Origin: Entomortierella parvispora E1425
Lineage: Eukaryota; Fungi; Mortierellomycota
Direction of reading: 5' to 3'
Assembly (NCBI GenBank): GCA_020891255.1
Contig: BQFW01000015.1
Location: forward strand, 310,001-374,000
Length of the DNA: 64,000 nt
The translations under genes were made by a program, and so were the position numbers. Positions 58,996 to 64,000 of the stretch are shown here, piece after piece. Within the stretch, counting starts at the first letter, position 1. Each line of letters opens with the position of its first letter. The notes under the pieces are model-generated. The model worked only from the letters and a program-made list of their open reading frames with translations. It was not told where the DNA came from and did not search any database.

Positions 58996-59596
58996 GACTC
59001 CAGGCACAAATGATCCTTGTGAAGATACTCTGGGGCTACGACGGTGACCTGGTAGCTTCGTTGGAGACCGGTCACCTCCTCTCCTCTCTCCATTACTGCT
59101 ATTCAAACGCAAGACTAGCCTGGACACCATTGAACACATTGGTCTAAAACAACAGCATGCTCCTGCCGCCCTCAAGGTCAATTGGGTGGAGTAAAAACAA
59201 TAGATTGGGCCAAAACTGGTGTGCCTCTTTCTGTCCTCAGGGTCTTTCCCCTTTAACCTTTCACTTTGTTTATGTTTGAGCAGGACTTCTTCTTCTTCTT
59301 CTACTCCACTTTTTTGTGGCTGAAGTCCTCCCTTTCCTCCCCACAAGCTTATCTCAAAGGTAGGTCGAGAAAAGGAGGCAATGACATATCTGCAGGTGAA
59401 GTCCGTGCGGGTCGGCCCGATCCCCCACAGGCATCCAAGGCCGTGTGCTTGTGGCACGGGTTTGAGTCCCTTTATTTTGGCACCACCAGACATTCCTCCG
59501 CCCTTTATATAGTTTCTGATCCTCTCTTTCTTTCTCTCTTGTTTCCAACTCTTTGTCAACATTCTTTTCTCCATTGTTTCTTCATAGCAGCATTCG

Positions 59597-62101
59597 ATGG
59601 CAAGGATATTCAGTATTTCACCATCGAGGCTTCACAGCTCTGGAGGTGCTGCTACGCATGTCCCATCACCCGCTCTTTCTACCTCTAGCGACAACGATGA
59701 CGATAACAGTCGAACTTCACCATCCACCCCTGTTTCGTCGACAGATCCTGACAACACCCTCTCCACGCTGACACCCTTGAGTCCGAATCCAGGAAAAGAC
59801 CTCGAGGAGCTTCTCAAGACAAAAGAACAAGAGCAGAAGCAGAAAAGACGCCCATCCGACCTTTCCAAGGAGATCCTCTCGTTTTTCCTCTCCCCCGCCG
59901 GATACTCACTTTTGCGGTTCGATCATTCTAGCCCCAGAAAGAAGAAACGAAGTGGAAACAAGGGTGTGGATATCACCCAGGAGGCGAACCAAGGCCCTGA
60001 CGGTCAGGACGAGAAGGGAGTTCGGTCCTTCGCAGAGAGCAGAGAAAGTCGCCCTCAGGGGGTACTGATCGATCCAGATGACTATCAGCAATGGTTCAAG
60101 TGCGTTTCAGCGACTCTTTTTTTTTTTTTTTTTTTTGTTTTGCCTTTTGCTTTCTTCAGCCCTGATGACTTTATTTCTTGCTGTGCCTCAACGCATTGAC
60201 CTAGTTTCTCACGCTTGCTCCCTTCCCATGGTAGATCCAGAGCCAACTCGCGGTCAGGGTCCAAGTGCCCTCTCTTCTCAACCCACCCAGGCGACCTCTC
60301 TTCTGCAACAAGAACTGGACTCCGTGGATTCATCCTAGGGTTCGTAGCGGGTACAGGAATGGATGTCCTCTTGCCTGCGCTGATGAAACAAAAGTTCAAG
60401 GGTCTGGGGCGAAAGATCATTCTGGACAACGCCTCGGCCTTGTACCTGGGAGCCTCTGCAGGAGGGTTTGCTCTGCTTTATAGGATCCTGTTCTGCCATC
60501 TGTCTTTAACCATGGGCAAGATAATATCAGCCCGTCAGGAGCATCGATCAAAGCTCGCTCAGCGCAGAGACTCGGGCGTGGATCTGGAATCGGATAGCCG
60601 TCGTGAAGGGCAGGAAGAGATCTCGTCGGAGCAAGTGAGGACCAGGCTCATGAAGGGACGGAGGTGGATCCCTGCGGTCTTGGCGGCCTTGTTGGCGTCC
60701 CCAGCGTTTGCATTGATCCCGGATCAGTCGAGACGGTTGACAATGGCGCTTTACTTCCTGACCTATTCTGGAGAGGTGACTTACTCAGCGCTGAAATCGA
60801 AAGGCTGGACTGACTGGATGCCAAACTGGTTCGGGGTCCAGTTGCTGTTCCTACTCAGTGCTAGTCAGACAATTCATACGTTCACTCATCATGGAGACTG
60901 TGCTCCGGTAAGTGTATCAAAAGTCCCCCAAAAAAAGGAGTGATTCAGGAGACACAACAGGGGAAGGGGACTCAGGGTGGATGATTCTCGTTCAAGCCGC
61001 TTTCCCCTTATCTTCTCTGCCATCTAAAGCAGCCCAGTGGATTTTATCGCGTTCATTCACTCATCCAGGCTTCACATGTCTAATCTGCTTTCTCTATCTG
61101 TTCTTCCCTATTTGAATAGGTGGCCTTCAGGAAGACGATCGTGTCTCAGTGCGCCCCCTTCTTGACGCGACCACCTGGGTATAATTCGAAAACACAGGGG
61201 CCCTATCCTCAGTGCACCAGTATCCTTGCAAGCATGAACAACTACATGCGGATGCACGCTTTGAACCCACATGTTGCCGGAAACGACTTCACGCCTCTTG
61301 TCGTCGATGGTCTCACTGCTGCCACCTCCCAGACCTTCTCCTCCATGTCTAATGCAGACACCGCCTTTCTGGTCCCCTCGGCAGTACAGTCGATCCTGAC
61401 AATGACGGAGGGAATGGGACATGCTTCTCCTTCATGCCGACTGTTCCATCCTTCTACGGCCAATTGTACCACCGCAGCAGTGTCGTTAGCAGGAAAAAAC
61501 ATGCTATTCTTCTTGAAGCTGTATAGTTCGCTTGCGTTCTTGACCCTCTTGGTCAAAGGGGGTAGGGTCTTCAACAATGGCATCGGGACCTATTTCAAGG
61601 GAACCATCTTTTCCACAGTGCGGAGCTCGATTGGGACCTGCGGCATGACAGCCACAGCATTTCCTCTGCTTTGCTTCATGGAGCGCTATCTTCCTCCTGA
61701 CTTTTTGCCTACCAGGAGGTAAAAGAAACAACAGTCTGTGGACCTTTAGTTATCAAACGATGGCAAGAAAAAAAAATGGAATAGAATAAGGGATAGACTA
61801 ACGTTGGCTACATCTTGTTCACCATAATAGGCACTATCTGAACGGATTCGTTGGAGGATTGTGGCTCATGGTCGAATCCCCACAACGTCAGTCATCATTG
61901 ACGTTATATTTCGCTCGGTTCATGCTGGAGGGCGTATGGCGTAGATTGGTCAAGGCTGGATGGCTCAAGAACTTTCGACAGGGAGAGACCGTGCTCTTTG
62001 GGTTGTCAATGGCGGTGATTATGGGGATCTTTGAGACGTTGCCGACATTACAACACAAGAGTTTAATCCAAGGAACGTTGACAAAGATCTTTGTCGACTG
62101 A
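59597..62101 (+). CDS. TMEM135-like (peroxisomal/mitochondrial Tim17-related) membrane protein, about 681 aa
   Basis: Exons 59597-60099, 60235-60907, 61120-61718 and 61831-62101. Motifs RTGLRGFILGF, RRLTMALYFLT, CRLFHP, YLNGFVGGLWLMVESPQR and FGLSMAVIMGIFE. The start codon is uncertain; a short upstream exon near 59382 is possible. Confidence 0.8.
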
Positions 62102-62358
62102 GAAGAAAGGAGTTGTCTTGATCTTTTTTTCTTGAACCCAATAAAGCTAGTCGACATCCACGCGTCGCGTCCAAGGTATCTCCAAGCCCAAGGGGAAAAA
62201 AAAAAGAAAAAAAGTGACTGCTTCTTTGAAAGTAAACAGTGGTGTTTTTGAGTGCATGTTCATTCAGTTCATCCATTCACTCTGCTTCTTGTTCTCTACC
62301 CACCATCCATTCCATCCATCTATCCTTCATCACCTTCCCAAGGACCATATAATACACC

Positions 62359-63436
62359 ATGAGACTGAAGCGATCGAAAGACTACAAGCGGTACATGAAC
62401 ATGTACTGCCAAACATTTCATTTCCGCAAGCCATTCCAGGTTCTAGGTGAGACACTTGGACTTGCGCCACTGTACTTTGGAGCAATGACAACAGCAGGCT
62501 TTGAAAGAAAGATTGACCCCTTTAACAAATGCCTTCCCTTCTTTGTTCCCCTTCTTCGTTCTCAGTGGATGCCGACTTTATCCAGGCCGCGTTGGATCAG
62601 AGGATCGATCTCCGTACACAGATCCCCAAGGTCCTGTGCGATGCCTCCAAGCAAAGTAAGCAAAACTTTGAACATGAATCAAAGAGCATTGGCCCTGAAC
62701 AGGCCCCTTCTCTTTCAGGACTAGAAAGACTGACCCCGTACCTTCTTTCTTATTCTCAATAGTGGTTTCGCCCTGTACCATGGCGCTGTTGAAATCTCGC
62801 GGTGAGGACGCCTCGGGCGCGTTCCTGGCCTCGAAACGCTTTGAGAAACGTCGCTGCAAACATCAAACGGCCGTGGACGAGGCCATTTGTCTGGGCCAGA
62901 TCATTGGAAACTCCAACCCTCACAACTATGTCGTCGCTTCCCAGTCCAAGAAGCTGCGTTCCCAATTCGGTCAGATCCCCGGTGTACCGCTGTTGTACAT
63001 CAACCGGTCCAATTTGATTCTGGAGCCCCCTTCAGACGCCAGTATGAACAAATCCAAATCGATCGAGACGGCCAAAACACATGCGTCGACCAGGGAGTTG
63101 CAGACTTTGAAGGCCGTCAAGGTCACAGGAGCAGGCAAGGTCTCGGTGGATACGGGCTTGGTGAAGAAACTGGAAAAGAAACAGGAATCCAAGAAGGAAA
63201 AGAGAGAGCTGTTGAAGGCCAAGATCTTGAAGAAGCGGATGGGTCCCAAGGAACCTAACCCGCTCTCGGTCAAGAAGAAGAAGGTCGTTGCTACCCCCAA
63301 ACCTGCACCCAAGGCTACACCAGCACCATCATCAACAGAAGGAGACGAGTCGACGGAAAAGAAGAAGACGAGGAGGAGTAAAAAGTCAAAGGCTGGAAAG
63401 GCGTCCACAGAAGCAGGCAACGAGTCGTCATCATGA
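62359..63436 (+). CDS. UTP23: rRNA-processing PIN-domain protein Utp23, about 283 aa
   Basis: Exons 62359-62446, 62566-62655 and 62763-63436. Motifs MRLKRSKDYKRYM...FRKPFQVLVDADF, RRCKH, NPHNYVVASQ, IPGVPLLYINRSNLILEPPS and KRMGPKEPNPLSVKKKK. Confidence 0.93.
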
Positions 63437-64000
63437 GAGCTCTGTGCCTCTCCTAGACATAGTAATATACACGCATTCGAAAACACGTATGATCCTTCTT
63501 TCTGGAACGTTGTGGACATAGCATCCACTTTATTGCGCACAAACAACGCGTTTTGTTTTTATGTCTCTCCATTGCCTCTCAAGCGTTTCACAGCCTCTTG
63601 TGCATCTCATCTTTCGAGTCATGTTTTGCAGCTATCTTGAATCTTGTTTCTCGCCTTTTGTCATCGGTAAATGTTTTGCGAGACCTGGCAGCTCCCCTTC
63701 TATAATTTTTCCCATCATAGAGAGTGTCAAGTCAGAATGCCCATTTTCCCTGGCGTACTCCTGGCAATGACGAAGTTTGGCCTTCGGACATCGCCTCAGA
63801 ATTGCTTGTGGTGGTGGTTCGGATGTTGAGTCCACACGACATGGACCTATGGAAGTTTGCCGTCCAGGCATTTGATACCGTTCTTTTCGCAGTATGGTCA
63901 AATAAGAAAAGAGACGGCTTTGTCCAAGTTTTCGTTGTTCCACGTCGGGCAGTGTGAATGCAGTGTAATTGGCTCGAACGCGCGCCTTCATTTCGATCTG

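Noticed and set aside
63632-63991. 119-aa minus-strand ORF at the window end
   Set aside because: No recognisable motif; it may be the tail of a gene outside the window but cannot be supported here.
1-64000. tRNA/rRNA genes, CRISPR arrays, intact transposons, NRPS/PKS or RiPP precursor repeats
   Set aside because: None seen by eye. No spacer-separated repeats, TIR/LTR pairs, transposase/RT motifs, or KR-delimited repeated core peptides. tRNAscan-SE/Infernal would be needed to exclude small RNAs.

Overview
Intron-containing fungal DNA, most consistent with Mortierellaceae (Mortierella/Podila/Linnemannia type). This is inferred from gene content, GT-AG introns and F-box/RNI-like proteins. Housekeeping genes: SPX-domain low-affinity phosphate transporter, TcdA/Tcd-like E1 enzyme, NudE, TMEM135-like, Utp23. 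The main feature is an accessory secretion/proteolysis island at about 8.3-34.1 kb. It holds five paralogous PA-domain S8 subtilases (orientations -,+,+,-,-), a vacuolar-type M28 aminopeptidase, and three paralogous small secreted 4-cysteine proteins of a family I do not recognise (the third is frameshifted). The subtilases are patchwork mosaics of one another. The inverted pair A/B shares a perfectly identical 227-bp tract containing the whole intron while the flanking exons have diverged, pointing to gene conversion or inversion-mediated exon swapping. Also present: a partial AIG1-like GTPase, a sigma-like GST, an F-box protein, an intronless beta-lactamase-family serine hydrolase, a 207/229-bp tandem array, and a tandem FAD monooxygenase pair with a truncated second copy. 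Exon boundaries were read by eye; each fully modelled multi-exon CDS sums to a multiple of 3.
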